A DNA stretch of 64,000 nt from Eledone cirrhosa. Lineage: Eukaryota. The stretch lies in the NCBI GenBank assembly GCA_964016885.1, contig CAXHJY010001168.1:1-64000 (forward strand), given 5' to 3'. The notes under the pieces were generated by a model. That model was not told the DNA's origin, ran no database searches, and was given only the letters and a program-made list of their open reading frames with translations. Of the stretch, positions 33,192 through 49,250 are shown one piece after another (positions within the stretch are counted from its first letter, which is position 1; the number at the start of each line of letters is the position of its first letter). A program made the translations under genes and the position numbers.

Positions 33192-35633
33192 ATGGAAAAA
33201 CAATATTTGGGAACCTCTTTAAAAAACATACCAATACCTTCTAAGGATGACTTCTTACTCCTTATGATTCAAAAAACTAATAATTTTATCAGAAGGGTTA
33301 GATGGAGAGCCTACCACTTCGATAAAAAATCTAAACAAGCAGATCGGAAATATATGTATGATTTCAATACTTACAAGAATCCACCACACAACTTTTTACT
33401 TGAAGACTTCGAGAAAGACCTTTTTAATTTAATTAAACACCTCAAATTTAAAAAGTATAAATCCGTCTTTCAAAAGGACCTTGATTCTACCCTATTGGAC
33501 CTAAAAAAGTCTAAAAAAATCCATGTCCACTCGGACAAAACTGGTAACTTGTATCATATGGATATTGAACATTATAATGAGTTCATATATAAAGAACTCA
33601 GAAAAAATTATAAAAAATCTAATAATGCGTCACTCACCAACATCAACAACAAAACACACAACATAGTAAAAAAACTAAACATTGAAGATAGAACTGAACC
33701 TTTGGCATTGAAAAGACCACACTTCAACCTGAAGGATCATAAATCAAACTTTAACTCAAATCCTTCTATTAGACTTATATGTCCCTCCAAATCAGATATT
33801 GGAATAATTAGCAAAAAAATTTTGGATAGAGTCATCCCACAAATAAGAAAACACGTTATTTTACCACTCTGGGAAAACACCTCCCAGGTAATTAACTGGT
33901 TTAAAAATATTAGATGTAAATCTTCTGCTTCATTTCTACAATTTGATATAGATAATTACTATTCTTCTATATCACCTATACTCCTGAACAAAGCATTGAT
34001 ATTTGCTAAAAATAGATCTAACTTAACTTTGGATGACATTAATATTATTACACATGCTAGACTAACACTTATTGAATTTCAGAATGAATACTGGACCAGA
34101 AACACATATAGTAATCTATTTGATATTACTATGGGTTCAAGCGATTCCGCCCAAATTACTGATCTTGTGGGCCTCTTTCTCCTTTTCAACATAAATGCCT
34201 CCTTTCCCCACCTCAAAGGTGGTTTATATCGTGATGACTGTCTTCTTCTTTCTAACAACCTTAGCCTTTCAGAAATTGAAAAAAACAAAAAACATATTAG
34301 AACTTTCCTTAAAGACTATTATAATCTTCATATTACTTTTGAAAAAACAAGTAAAGTAGTAAATTTCCTAGATATAACTTTAGATTTAGCTACGGGTATC
34401 TACCAACCTTACCATAAACCAAACCAAAACTTACATTACATACACTCACAATCTAATCACCCTAAATCTATCCTTAAAAACCTTGCATATAATATATCAC
34501 TTAGAATTTCTAACCTTTCTTCTAACCAAGATGTATTTGATAAAAATGCGACCTTCTATAACGAAGCTCTAGATAGAAGTGGCCACAAAAATAGATTAGA
34601 ATATATACCTTCTACTAAAAATACTAAAAGCATACAACCTAATATTACCAACAAACACCAAATGAAAAGTACACACCTAAATGCCACCCACACTATACCC
34701 CAAAATACCAAATCTTCTAATATAAAATATAGTAACTCTCAAAAAACTACTCATCATACAACTCTAATAAATATTAATAATAAAACTCCTAATAAAAAAG
34801 ATAAAACACCTAAATCTACAAATATAACTAAAAATGGTTGTGGTGAGATCATTAACATTAATCCTCCTAGTAAACATCACGATACAACCTATAAAAATAA
34901 TAAAAATAATAAACAACATAGAAACAGTAATAGACGGGTTACTTGGTATAATGCTCCATTTAATTTACAAATTAAGGATAATATTGCTAAAAAATTTTTT
35001 TATATCCTAGAGAAAAACTTCCCGCCAAACCACAAATACCATCAAATCTTAAATAGGTCTATAGTTAAATTCTCATACTCAACAACAAATAACATAAAAC
35101 AAAATATAAGTGCCTATAATGCATATAAATGTAAGAAAACCATAAGTATACCACCAGTACATCAAATTAACCATAATATCTCCTCAAATACAGAATTAAC
35201 GAAAGGTTGTAACTGTAGAAACAAAGCAAACTGCCCATTAAAAGGGAATTGTCTTGTTAACAACATAGTCTATAAATGTAATGTTAAAACTAAAGATTCT
35301 ATTTGCTCATATATAGGAGCTACCTCTAACAATTTTAAGACAAGGTTTAATACCCACAAGCATAGTTTTAAAAATGCCGCACTGGCTAATACAACATCTC
35401 TAGCAGAAAAAATCAATAGTTATAAAAATAAGAATATAGAATATGATTTGACCTGGAGTGTGCTCAAAAGAGCCACCCCTTATCAAAATAATAGAAATGA
35501 ATGTAGATTATGTTCCCAAGAACTATTTGAAATAATGAAATCTAAGGATATCCTATTAAATAAACGACAGGAATTAATTATATCGTGTAATCATAAACTA
35601 AAAAAAACATTTAAATATTATAAACCTAATTAA
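33192..35633 (+). CDS. Intact Penelope-like (Naiad-type) reverse transcriptase / GIY-YIG endonuclease, 813 aa from the ATG
   Basis: Uninterrupted ORF: SLKNIPIP...FIRRVRWRA, FLQFDIDNYYSSI, TMGSSDSAQITDLVGLFLL, LYRDD, VNFLDITLDL, HSQSNHP, WYNAPFN, CNCRNKANCPLKGNC, VYKC...YIGAT...FKTRFNTH, CRLCSQE, LLNKRQEL...CNH. Confidence 0.95.
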   Translation: MEKQYLGTSLKNIPIPSKDDFLLLMIQKTNNFIRRVRWRAYHFDKKSKQADRKYMYDFNTYKNPPHNFLLEDFEKDLFNLIKHLKFKKYKSVFQKDLDSTLLDLKKSKKIHVHSDKTGNLYHMDIEHYNEFIYKELRKNYKKSNNASLTNINNKTHNIVKKLNIEDRTEPLALKRPHFNLKDHKSNFNSNPSIRLICPSKSDIGIISKKILDRVIPQIRKHVILPLWENTSQVINWFKNIRCKSSASFLQFDIDNYYSSISPILLNKALIFAKNRSNLTLDDINIITHARLTLIEFQNEYWTRNTYSNLFDITMGSSDSAQITDLVGLFLLFNINASFPHLKGGLYRDDCLLLSNNLSLSEIEKNKKHIRTFLKDYYNLHITFEKTSKVVNFLDITLDLATGIYQPYHKPNQNLHYIHSQSNHPKSILKNLAYNISLRISNLSSNQDVFDKNATFYNEALDRSGHKNRLEYIPSTKNTKSIQPNITNKHQMKSTHLNATHTIPQNTKSSNIKYSNSQKTTHHTTLININNKTPNKKDKTPKSTNITKNGCGEIININPPSKHHDTTYKNNKNNKQHRNSNRRVTWYNAPFNLQIKDNIAKKFFYILEKNFPPNHKYHQILNRSIVKFSYSTTNNIKQNISAYNAYKCKKTISIPPVHQINHNISSNTELTKGCNCRNKANCPLKGNCLVNNIVYKCNVKTKDSICSYIGATSNNFKTRFNTHKHSFKNAALANTTSLAEKINSYKNKNIEYDLTWSVLKRATPYQNNRNECRLCSQELFEIMKSKDILLNKRQELIISCNHKLKKTFKYYKPN

Positions 35634-36125
35634 TAACATTATTTTAGAAATTAATTTAATTTAAATGTTAGTTAACCTATAAATTTAATTTAATTAAAAT
35701 TCTACTACAGATGAGAATATAAAATATTGTGTAATCATAAATTGTGAAAAACCTTTAAATATTACTAGTATATACTTAGTAATTTAATTTATAGATTAAT
35801 TTTAATTTATTTAAACCTTTTATTAAAATTCCTTTACAGATAAAATATAACAAAATATCGTGTATTCAATGACAGAGAAATAATTTTTAGTATTATAGAC
35901 CTAATTAATATACATTTTAGAAATATATTTATAATTTGGTTTTAAATTTAGTCAACCTAAAAATTTAATTTAATTGGCTTAAAATTAGTATCCTTATACA
36001 GACGGATTGCAGAGTGTCATGTAATCATAGAATGGGATGTGTTTTGGATGTATACCTAGTTAATATATTCTTTGCAATTTTTGAAAAAATATGTATATGT
36101 ATGTATGTAGATGTATGTGTATGTA

Positions 36126-36174
<49 letters not shown>

Positions 36175-36969
36175 GTGTATGTATATGTATATGTATTAAT
36201 TTTGATTTCTATTTGCATATAATTATATTCTGCTATTGATAAAATACAATATCTGTTTTATTTATTATATACCTAATTAACATATACTATAGAAATTAAT
36301 ATATCATTTTTAATTTAGTTAACCTATAATTTATATTCTACTACCGATGTAATACTTTATTTGTTTTTTCCCTATTACTAAATTCATTTCCTAATATTGA
36401 TACCATAACGTTAATAACTTTAATTTAGTTATACTATAATTAATACTCTACTACTATTTAACTTCAAAATTCTGCTTCAAATATTATAAACCTAACTAAT
36501 TTACACCTTAGAAATCAATATGTTAACTATCTTTAGTTTAGTTAACATATAATTAATGGTATACTTATTTTGAAATGCATAATTTTGCCTTATTTCTTGT
36601 ATTTCCTAACACTGAAACTATGTAAAAACATATATTGGGATCCAGATACAGATAATATTCTATGTTTCTTGAAACATATATTTACTATAATCCCCTTCTC
36701 CAACCCCCCCCCTTCCCCCATACTATTATCATCTGTGTTTGTAAGCGTGTATGTATGAATATATATGTAGGTAGGTGTATATATGTTTGGGTATTTATAT
36801 CTGAATATAAAAATACATATATGCGCATGCAAATAAGAATGTAAGATTGTGTGTATATATATGTGTGTATATATATATATATATGTATATGTATGCATGT
36901 GTGTGTATATATATGTGTATGTGTATATATATGTATATGTGTATATGTGTATATGTGTGTGGGCGTGTA

Positions 36970-37002
<33 letters not shown>

Positions 37003-37176
37003 GTGTGTATGTATGTGTATATATATATGTGTATATATATGTATGTCTCTCTATATATATGTCTATCTTCGTATCTATGTGGGTATATGTGTGTATGTAC
37101 ATGTATGCATATGTATATGTTTATGTGTATATGTGTGTATGTGTATATATGTACGTGTGCGCACATATATATGTGA

Positions 37177-37210
<34 letters not shown>

Positions 37211-37828
37211 GTGTGTATATCTATGTGTGTATATATGCCTATATTCGTATGTGTATATATATATATATATATATATTATTTATTATTATAATATAACTTA
37301 TGTGTATGTGTGTATATGTGAGGGTGTGTATATGTATATATATGTATATATATGTGTAAAAATATATATGTGTATGTGTGGTTTTGTGTGTGTGTATATA
37401 TATGTATGTATATATGTGTGTATGTGTGTGTTTGTATGTGTGTTTGTGGTTGTATGTGTGTGTGGGTGTATATATGTAAATGTATGTGTATGTATATATA
37501 TATATGTGTATATGTATCTCTATTAATGTGTGTATATATGTATATGTATATACCTTTTTCTTTGTATATCTGAGTTGGGTGAGAGTGTAGTGGGTTTTGT
37601 ATGTATATACGCATATATGGATGCGTATGTATTTGTATATATGAGTATATGTAAGTGCGTATGTATGTATGAATATATATCTATGTCTATGTATGAGTAT
37701 ATATGTGTGTGTATGTATGTTGTGTGTGTATGTATGTATGTGTCTATGTGTGTATATATATATATATATATGTGTGTATATGTATGTATGTATGTGTATG
37801 TATGTACATATATGTCTATGTATATGTG

Positions 37829-37863
<35 letters not shown>

Positions 37864-38384
37864 TTATTTTATATATATGTGTGTGTGTGTATGTGTGTGT
37901 GTGTATATATATCTTTATATATGTGTATGTGTATGTTCGTGTAGGTGTATGTGTGTGTATGACTATATATGTATGTGTGTATGTGTGTATGTATGTATAT
38001 GTATGTGTGTGTACATGTATGTATGTGTATGTATGTATATGTGTGTATATGTGTATGTATATATATATATATATATATATGTGTATATATATATATATAT
38101 GTATATGTATCTCTATTTGTATGTGTATATGTGTATAGGTATATACCTTTTTCTTTGTATGTCTGAGTTGTGTGAGAGTGTAGTGGTGTTTCTATGTATA
38201 TACCGATATATGGATGCGTAAGTATTTGTGTGTATGTATGTATGTATGTCTGTATGTATTTGTGTGTATATATAGGTATGTATGTGTATATCTGTATGTA
38301 TATAAGTATGTATGTGTATGTATATGTGCGTGTATGTGTATATATATATGTGTGTCTATATATGTATGTGTGATTATATGTGTA

Positions 38385-38429
<45 letters not shown>

Positions 38430-38511
38430 GTATGTGTGTATATGTGTGTATGTGTGTATATGTATATGTTTATATATGTGTGTGTATGTGTGTTCTAAGT
38501 GTAGATGTGTG

Positions 38512-38572
<61 letters not shown>

Positions 38573-39197
38573 TCTTGATATATTTCTTTTTTCTTTTTTC
38601 TTTTTCTTTTCTTTCCTTTTTAATTTTTATTTGTTATTTCTTAGTTTATAGATACATCTATAAATAAGCAGTCTGCCCAAACCGTTGAATACTGACCTCT
38701 CCCCCCCTCCCACCTAATTTCTGTATCTTGATCTAGATGTGTGTGGCAGTGTTTATGTGAGTGAATTAATATCCATGTGCTTATGATAATATTATATCCA
38801 CATATATATATGTGTGTGGGGGTGTGTGTGTGTATGTATGTTCGTAATTATGTGTATGTTTATGCATATACGCGCGCGTGTGTGTGAGTGTACGGATATG
38901 TGTGAGTATGAGAATATGTGTATACACTTATTTCATATTTATGTGTCTATACGCATCTTATCTGTGCATTATAAACTTACAGGGACATTAACCTTGAAAT
39001 TTTGTATTTGCATGCATCTTTTTGGCATGCATATGCATGTTGAGCATACATCTTTGTATAAATATGTGTACGGGGTAGTTACATGTATATACACACACCA
39101 AATTGCATAAAACCTTTTGTATTTTCATTGGTCAATTTTGTTCCCAAACGGACCTGAAATTTTGAATTGTTGTTATTATCAATAAATATATTTCATT

Positions 39198-39340
39198 ATT
39201 TCTGAAGACGGCGTATATGTGTGTTTGGTATGTATATTTAATCTTGATAGTTTGTATAATTTTGTATAATTTTGTACATAGATCTGTTGAATATGCATGC
39301 CAATTCTAACACATGTATATCCTAGAAACGATCGTTAAAT
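39198..39340 (+). ncRNA. Type I hammerhead ribozyme with long stem II insertion
   Basis: attt-CTGAAGA (39202-39208)-cggcgtatatgtgtgtt...aacacatgtatatccta-GAAA (39325-39328)-cgatcg (palindrome)-TT-aaat. Confidence 0.65.
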
Positions 39341-39400
39341 AATGAACTTTTTTTGTTTAATATAAGGAACTGTTTCATTGTTTTATTCATTATTTGTTTA

Positions 39401-39592
<192 letters not shown>

Positions 39593-39643
39593 TATATATA
39601 TATATATGTATATGTATACACATATATATATATATATATGTAT

Positions 39644-39686
<43 letters not shown>

Positions 39687-39733
39687 CACATATATATATA
39701 TATATATACACATATATATATATATATATACAC

Positions 39734-39932
<199 letters not shown>

Positions 39933-39945
39933 TATATATATATAT

Positions 39946-40080
<135 letters not shown>

Positions 40081-40178
40081 TATATACACATATATATATA
40101 TATATATACACATATATATATATATATACACATATATATATATATATATACACATATATATATATATATATACACATA

Positions 40179-40359
<181 letters not shown>

Positions 40360-40373
40360 ATATATATATATAT

Positions 40374-40740
<367 letters not shown>

Positions 40741-40762
40741 CACATATATATATATATATATA

Positions 40763-40884
<122 letters not shown>

Positions 40885-40892
40885 TATATATG

Positions 40893-40932
<40 letters not shown>

Positions 40933-40933
<1 letters not shown>

Positions 40934-40988
40934 TCTCTTTTACCTGTTTCAGCCATCCGGCTGAGGCCATGCTGGGGCACCGCCCTTG
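40933..40988 (-). mobile_element. ~56-bp CR1 3' tail (extreme 5' truncation) in (TA)n
   Basis: Reverse complement caagggcggtgccccagcatggcctcagccggatggctgaaa matches 20798-20839. Confidence 0.85.
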
Positions 40989-41058
<70 letters not shown>

Positions 41059-41131
41059 GTGTATGTATATATATATATATATATATATGTGTATGTATAT
41101 ATATATATATATATATATGTGTATATATATA

Positions 41132-41183
<52 letters not shown>

Positions 41184-41186
41184 TAT

Positions 41187-41271
41187 ACGTTATTCCGGGT
41201 TGAATCGGAGGTAACCACAGTAAGTAAGGTACTCAATACATAGCAGAGTATAATAGTTTTAATATAGATGA
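41187..41271 (-). mobile_element. Copy of the 4391-4527 element lacking the HHR
   Basis: Near-identical to 4391-4475. Confidence 0.88.
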
Positions 41272-41276
41272 TACAT

Positions 41277-41637
<361 letters not shown>

Positions 41638-41638
41638 C

Positions 41639-41763
<125 letters not shown>

Positions 41764-41764
41764 C

Positions 41765-41897
<133 letters not shown>

Positions 41898-41920
41898 CAT
41901 ATATATACATATATATATAC

Positions 41921-41951
<31 letters not shown>

Positions 41952-41952
41952 C

Positions 41953-42001
<49 letters not shown>

Positions 42002-42030
42002 CATATATATACATATATATATATATATAC

Positions 42031-42079
<49 letters not shown>

Positions 42080-42119
42080 TATACATATATATATATATAT
42101 ATACATATATATACATATA

Positions 42120-42192
<73 letters not shown>

Positions 42193-42200
42193 ATATACAC

Positions 42201-42238
<38 letters not shown>

Positions 42239-42264
42239 ATATACACATATATATATATATACAC

Positions 42265-42927
<663 letters not shown>

Positions 42928-42943
42928 TATATGTGTATATATG

Positions 42944-43107
<164 letters not shown>

Positions 43108-43110
43108 TAT

Positions 43111-43195
43111 ACGTTATTCCGGGTTGAATCGGAGGTAACCACAGTAAGTAAGGTACTCAATACATAGCAGAGTATAATAGTTTTAATATAGATGA
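43111..43195 (-). mobile_element. Second copy, produced by tandem duplication
   Basis: Identical to 41187-41271. Confidence 0.88.
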
Positions 43196-43200
43196 TACAT

Positions 43201-43539
<339 letters not shown>

Positions 43540-43540
43540 C

Positions 43541-43667
<127 letters not shown>

Positions 43668-43676
43668 CATACATAC

Positions 43677-43803
<127 letters not shown>

Positions 43804-43804
43804 C

Positions 43805-43853
<49 letters not shown>

Positions 43854-43854
43854 C

Positions 43855-43979
<125 letters not shown>

Positions 43980-44002
43980 CATATATATACATATATATAT
44001 AC

Positions 44003-44035
<33 letters not shown>

Positions 44036-44036
44036 C

Positions 44037-44085
<49 letters not shown>

Positions 44086-44114
44086 CATATATATACATAT
44101 ATATATATATATAC

Positions 44115-44163
<49 letters not shown>

Positions 44164-44203
44164 TATACATATATATATATATATATACATATATATACAT
44201 ATA

Positions 44204-44276
<73 letters not shown>

Positions 44277-44284
44277 ATATACAC

Positions 44285-44322
<38 letters not shown>

Positions 44323-44348
44323 ATATACACATATATATATATATACAC

Positions 44349-44989
<641 letters not shown>

Positions 44990-44992
44990 CAC

Positions 44993-45028
<36 letters not shown>

Positions 45029-46140
45029 TATGGGTGCATAAAAGATGTAGTGGGATCACAGGTAAGCTAACTAAGAACATAGATTTTACATGTGGCCGGT
45101 GCTCTGGTGCAATAAGTAGCAGCAAGTGTCCACACAATACTAGTTCTTTCAATTGCGCAGAGGGTTCTATAGAAATAATGGACATCTTCCGTTACCTGGG
45201 TGACAAAATCAGCAGTGGGGGAGGGTGCTCGGAAAGTACAGTAGCTAGAGTCAGAACTGGATGGAAAAAGTTCAGAGAGCTTATACCACTATTAGCCGCT
45301 AAAGGGTTCTCCCTAAAAATGAAAGGCAGGTTGTATGATGCCTGCATACGAACAGCAATGCTGCATGGCTGTGAGACCTGGGCATTGTGTGCAGAGGATA
45401 TACGCAGACTAGAGAGCAACGAAGCTTGCATGCTCCGCTGGATGTGTAATAGTAATATACGCGAACAGCAAAGCATAAACGAACTAAGGAAAAAATTAGA
45501 AATAAGAGGGATCAGATGTTGTTTACTCGAGAGAAGGCTACGTTGGTATGGTCACGTGATTCGCATGAAAGACGACAGCTGTATAACAAAGTGCAGGGCA
45601 ATAAAGATAGACGGGAGCCACGGAGTAGGCAGACCTAGAAAAACCTGGTACGACTTGATAAATTCCGACCTCACACGCTTACACCTCTCCAAGACAATGT
45701 CACTGGACCGAGACCTTTGGCGGTACTCAGTAATAGAGAAGACCCGCCTTACCTAAATACGAAGTAAAACCTACTACAGTCAGTAGGCATCTCTAACAAA
45801 ATACACCCCGTCCCACTACCCCCACCCCATCCACACCGCCCCTTTCAATGTAAAGTTATGTTGGTGCCACAACATCCAGGCCGAAACAAATGAGATCGTG
45901 TAGGTGTCATGACAAAAAACACAGTCCACGCTGTAATGTGGCCGTGTAGGCAACACGGTAAAAACCTCCCAGCCCCACACTGTAAATGTGGTTGGTGTTA
46001 GGAAGGGCATCCAGCTGTAGAAAACCCGCCAGACAGTCCTATGCGAGCAAGACAATCACTCTTGCCTCAAGTGGGAAAACCCCCGTCCAAACCCATGCAA
46101 GCGTGGAACACGGACGTTAAACGTTGATGATGATGATGAT
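45029..46140 (+). mobile_element. 5'-truncated RTE-clade LINE (RT C-terminus, 3' UTR, (GAT)n tail)
   Basis: WVHKRCSG...[55 protein letters not shown]; stop at 45756; tail ggacgttaaacgttgatgatgatgatgat. Confidence 0.9.
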
Positions 46141-46278
46141 ATACACATATATATACACACATATATATATATACACATATATATATATACATATATATAC
46201 ACACATATATATATATATATATATACACATATATATATATACACACACATATACATATATATATACATATATATATAC

Positions 46279-46314
<36 letters not shown>

Positions 46315-47450
46315 ATATATATCTCTATATATATATGTGTGTGTATATATGTGTGTATATATATGTGTGTGTGTGTATATATGTGTGTGTGTATATATGT
46401 GTGTGTGTATATATGTGTGTGTATATATGTGTGTGTGTATATATGTGTGTATAGATGTGTGTGTATATATGTGTATATATATGTGTATATACGTGTGTAT
46501 ATATGTGTGTATATATGTGTGTATATATGTGTACATACGTGTATATATATGTGTATATATATGTGTATATATATGTGTATATATATGTGTGTATATATAT
46601 GTGTATATATATGTGTGTATATATGTGTGTGTGTATATGTATATGTATATATGTGTGTATATGTGTGTATATGTATATATGTGTGTATATGTGTGTATAT
46701 GTATATATGTGTGTATATGTATATATGTGTGTATATGCATATGTGTGTATATGCATATATGTGTGTATATGTATATATGTGTGTATATGTATATATGTGT
46801 GTATATATGTGTGTATATCTGTATATATATATGTGTATATGTATATATGTGTGTATATCTGTATATATATATGTGTATATATATATATATGTGTGTATAT
46901 ATATATATGTGTGTATATGTGTATGTATATATGTGTATATATATATGTATATGTGTATATATATATATATGTGTATATATATATATATGTGTATATATAT
47001 ATATATGTGTATATATATATATATGTGTATATATATATATGTGTATATATATATATGTATATATGTATGTATATATGTATATATGTGTATATATAGGTAT
47101 ATATGTGTGTGTATATATATATGTATATATGTGTGTATATATATGTATATATGTGTGTATATATATGTATATATGTGTGTATATATATGTATATATGTGT
47201 GTATATATATGTATATATGTGTGTATATATATGTATATATGTGTGTATGTATATGTGTGTATATGTATATATATGTGTATATATGTGTGTTTATATATAC
47301 GTGTGTATATATATGTGTGTGTGTGTGTATATGTGTGTGTGTATATATATGTGTGTGTGTGTGTGTATATATATGTGTGTGTATATATATATATGTGTGT
47401 ATATGTATATGTGTGTATGTGCTTGTATCTCTCTCTCTCTCTCTCTGCGT
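46141..47450. repeat. (CA/TA) then (TG/TA) mosaic microsatellite
   Basis: Direct reading. Confidence 0.95.
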
Positions 47451-47910
47451 ATGTAATTATATTAACTAGTACCAGTAAAAAATGACGGGTGCATAGTAAA
47501 ATATATTTACTTTGGTTATCCTTGATTGCAACATTTTGATTGAAGCCGCTTGAATCCACGTTTTGAATCCCTTTCGTAATGTTCAATCAGACTTCTTTTT
47601 CTACATACATATATGTATATATTTGTATGAACTTGTATATTTATGCATATATAAGTATGCATTTATGTGTACATTTGCATGTTTGTTTTCTTATATATAT
47701 TGGGAAAAGTATTTATTTTAGACATGGTTATTTTCTAATTTTATCTTTTATATTAAGATTGTTTTCATATTTTCTTACAAGTTACTTGCCGCTCTTTTGC
47801 AACAATAGAATGTTCCTAAATCTGTTAGCGTTTCTAGAGTTTTGCAATCTTACCTTCAGGATGTTGAATTTACCTCTCCAAATATTGACCATTATATTTA
47901 TGACATTATT

Positions 47911-48096
47911 GGCGGTGGATTGGCAGTATCAGAAGAGGGTCGGACGCCATGCTTAGACGCATAGAGTTACGGCCCTTGCCATTCTGAGTTCAAATCCCGC
48001 CGAGGTTAACTTTACCTTTCATCCTTACGGGGTCGATAAAATTAAGTACCAGTAATGCATTGGGAATTGCTAGCCTTGTGCCAAAAAGTATAAACA
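47911..48096 (+). mobile_element. tRNA-derived SINE (Nin/Deu-domain-like), full length, with 18-bp TSD
   Basis: A-box-like ttggcagtatc, B-box gagttcaaatcc, body cctttcatccttacggggtcgataaa...gtaccag; attatatttatgacatta repeated at 47891-47908 and 48097-48114. Confidence 0.85.
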
Positions 48097-48399
48097 ATTA
48101 TATTTATGACATTAATCTTGAATTATTTTGTTCATGACATGCATATTTTGTTTGTGTGTGTGTTTATTTTAACATTGTGTTGTAATGTAAGTAAGGCTTA
48201 CATAACTAATCTTCTATTTTTGTGGGTAATTCTACGAAATATGGATGTATTGTCCACTAATATTTTCATATCATTTGTTTCGTAATCGTTTGAGTACTGC
48301 TTCAATTGCTCCTTATTGTAAATGCATAGTGAGCCTACTCGAGGGCGTTAAATTTGTAACATCTATGTAACAATTTCTCTGTCCCACTTTTGAACATAT

Positions 48400-49250
48400 A
48401 AAACCCATTGGTCATTAGTCGCTTATACTGAGGTTTAAATGCATGTGGTTTGTTGTTAACGTTTTCGATTGTAGTGTTTTGTAATACATTGTTATTGTTA
48501 GTTAATGGTTTGATGTGATAATATTTTTGTTCCGTTGTATGGTATTGTTCAACGCCTGTTCGTCTGTTTAACAGCTATTAAGCATTTGGTTCGTATAGTA
48601 CTCTTTGTGTGCGACATCTAATTTTAATGGCTATAATCCGATATATTTGGTGCATTGTATTTGTGCCTATGTTCAGTGACTTGGTTTAAGAGTCTGTTGA
48701 AATGTTTATTAATTAGTGTTTCATTTATTCTATGGATTTCGTTTGTGGAAAAGAATCTAAATGATCTTTTGATTAAGCATTGTACCACTGACATTTTGTA
48801 GCTATGTGGACATACGCCGTCTCCATATAAATATATACATTTATTTGTAGCTTTAGTGCACACAGAGGTTATGTATCTGTTTTGTTTCCAATCTGTTTAT
48901 ATCTAAAAATAGTCATATTTGTATGGTTCTGGGTGTAAAGGTTTAGTATCAAGCTTTCTTTTTTTTTATTTCTAGGTGTTTTGCAGTTTATTCACTACTA
49001 CGAGTAACTCATCCAGGTATCTGGTGTATATTACGTGTTTTGATACTATTGTTTTTATTGTGGCCAGGTAGAATGTAGGGAATGTTGGCCCTAGAACCCA
49101 TTGTTACACAATCATTTTGTTTTTTATAAATTGCCTGGTAGGCAGAGTAACGTTACTTCGCCTACACACGTCACTAATATTTTCTTTAATAAGCTTGCAA
49201 CTTCACATTAACCCTACACAATAAATGTCTAGTTTTGTGCAAAAGTTCAG
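48400..49250 (-). pseudogene. Old decayed Penelope-type RT relic
   Basis: Minus-strand pieces KQNDCVTMGS, RYLDELLV and TKATNKCIYLYGDGVCPHSYKMSVVQCLIKRS resemble the PLE motifs QxxGxxMGS, RYVDD and KPT...CP..YK.SV...LI.R. Confidence 0.65.
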
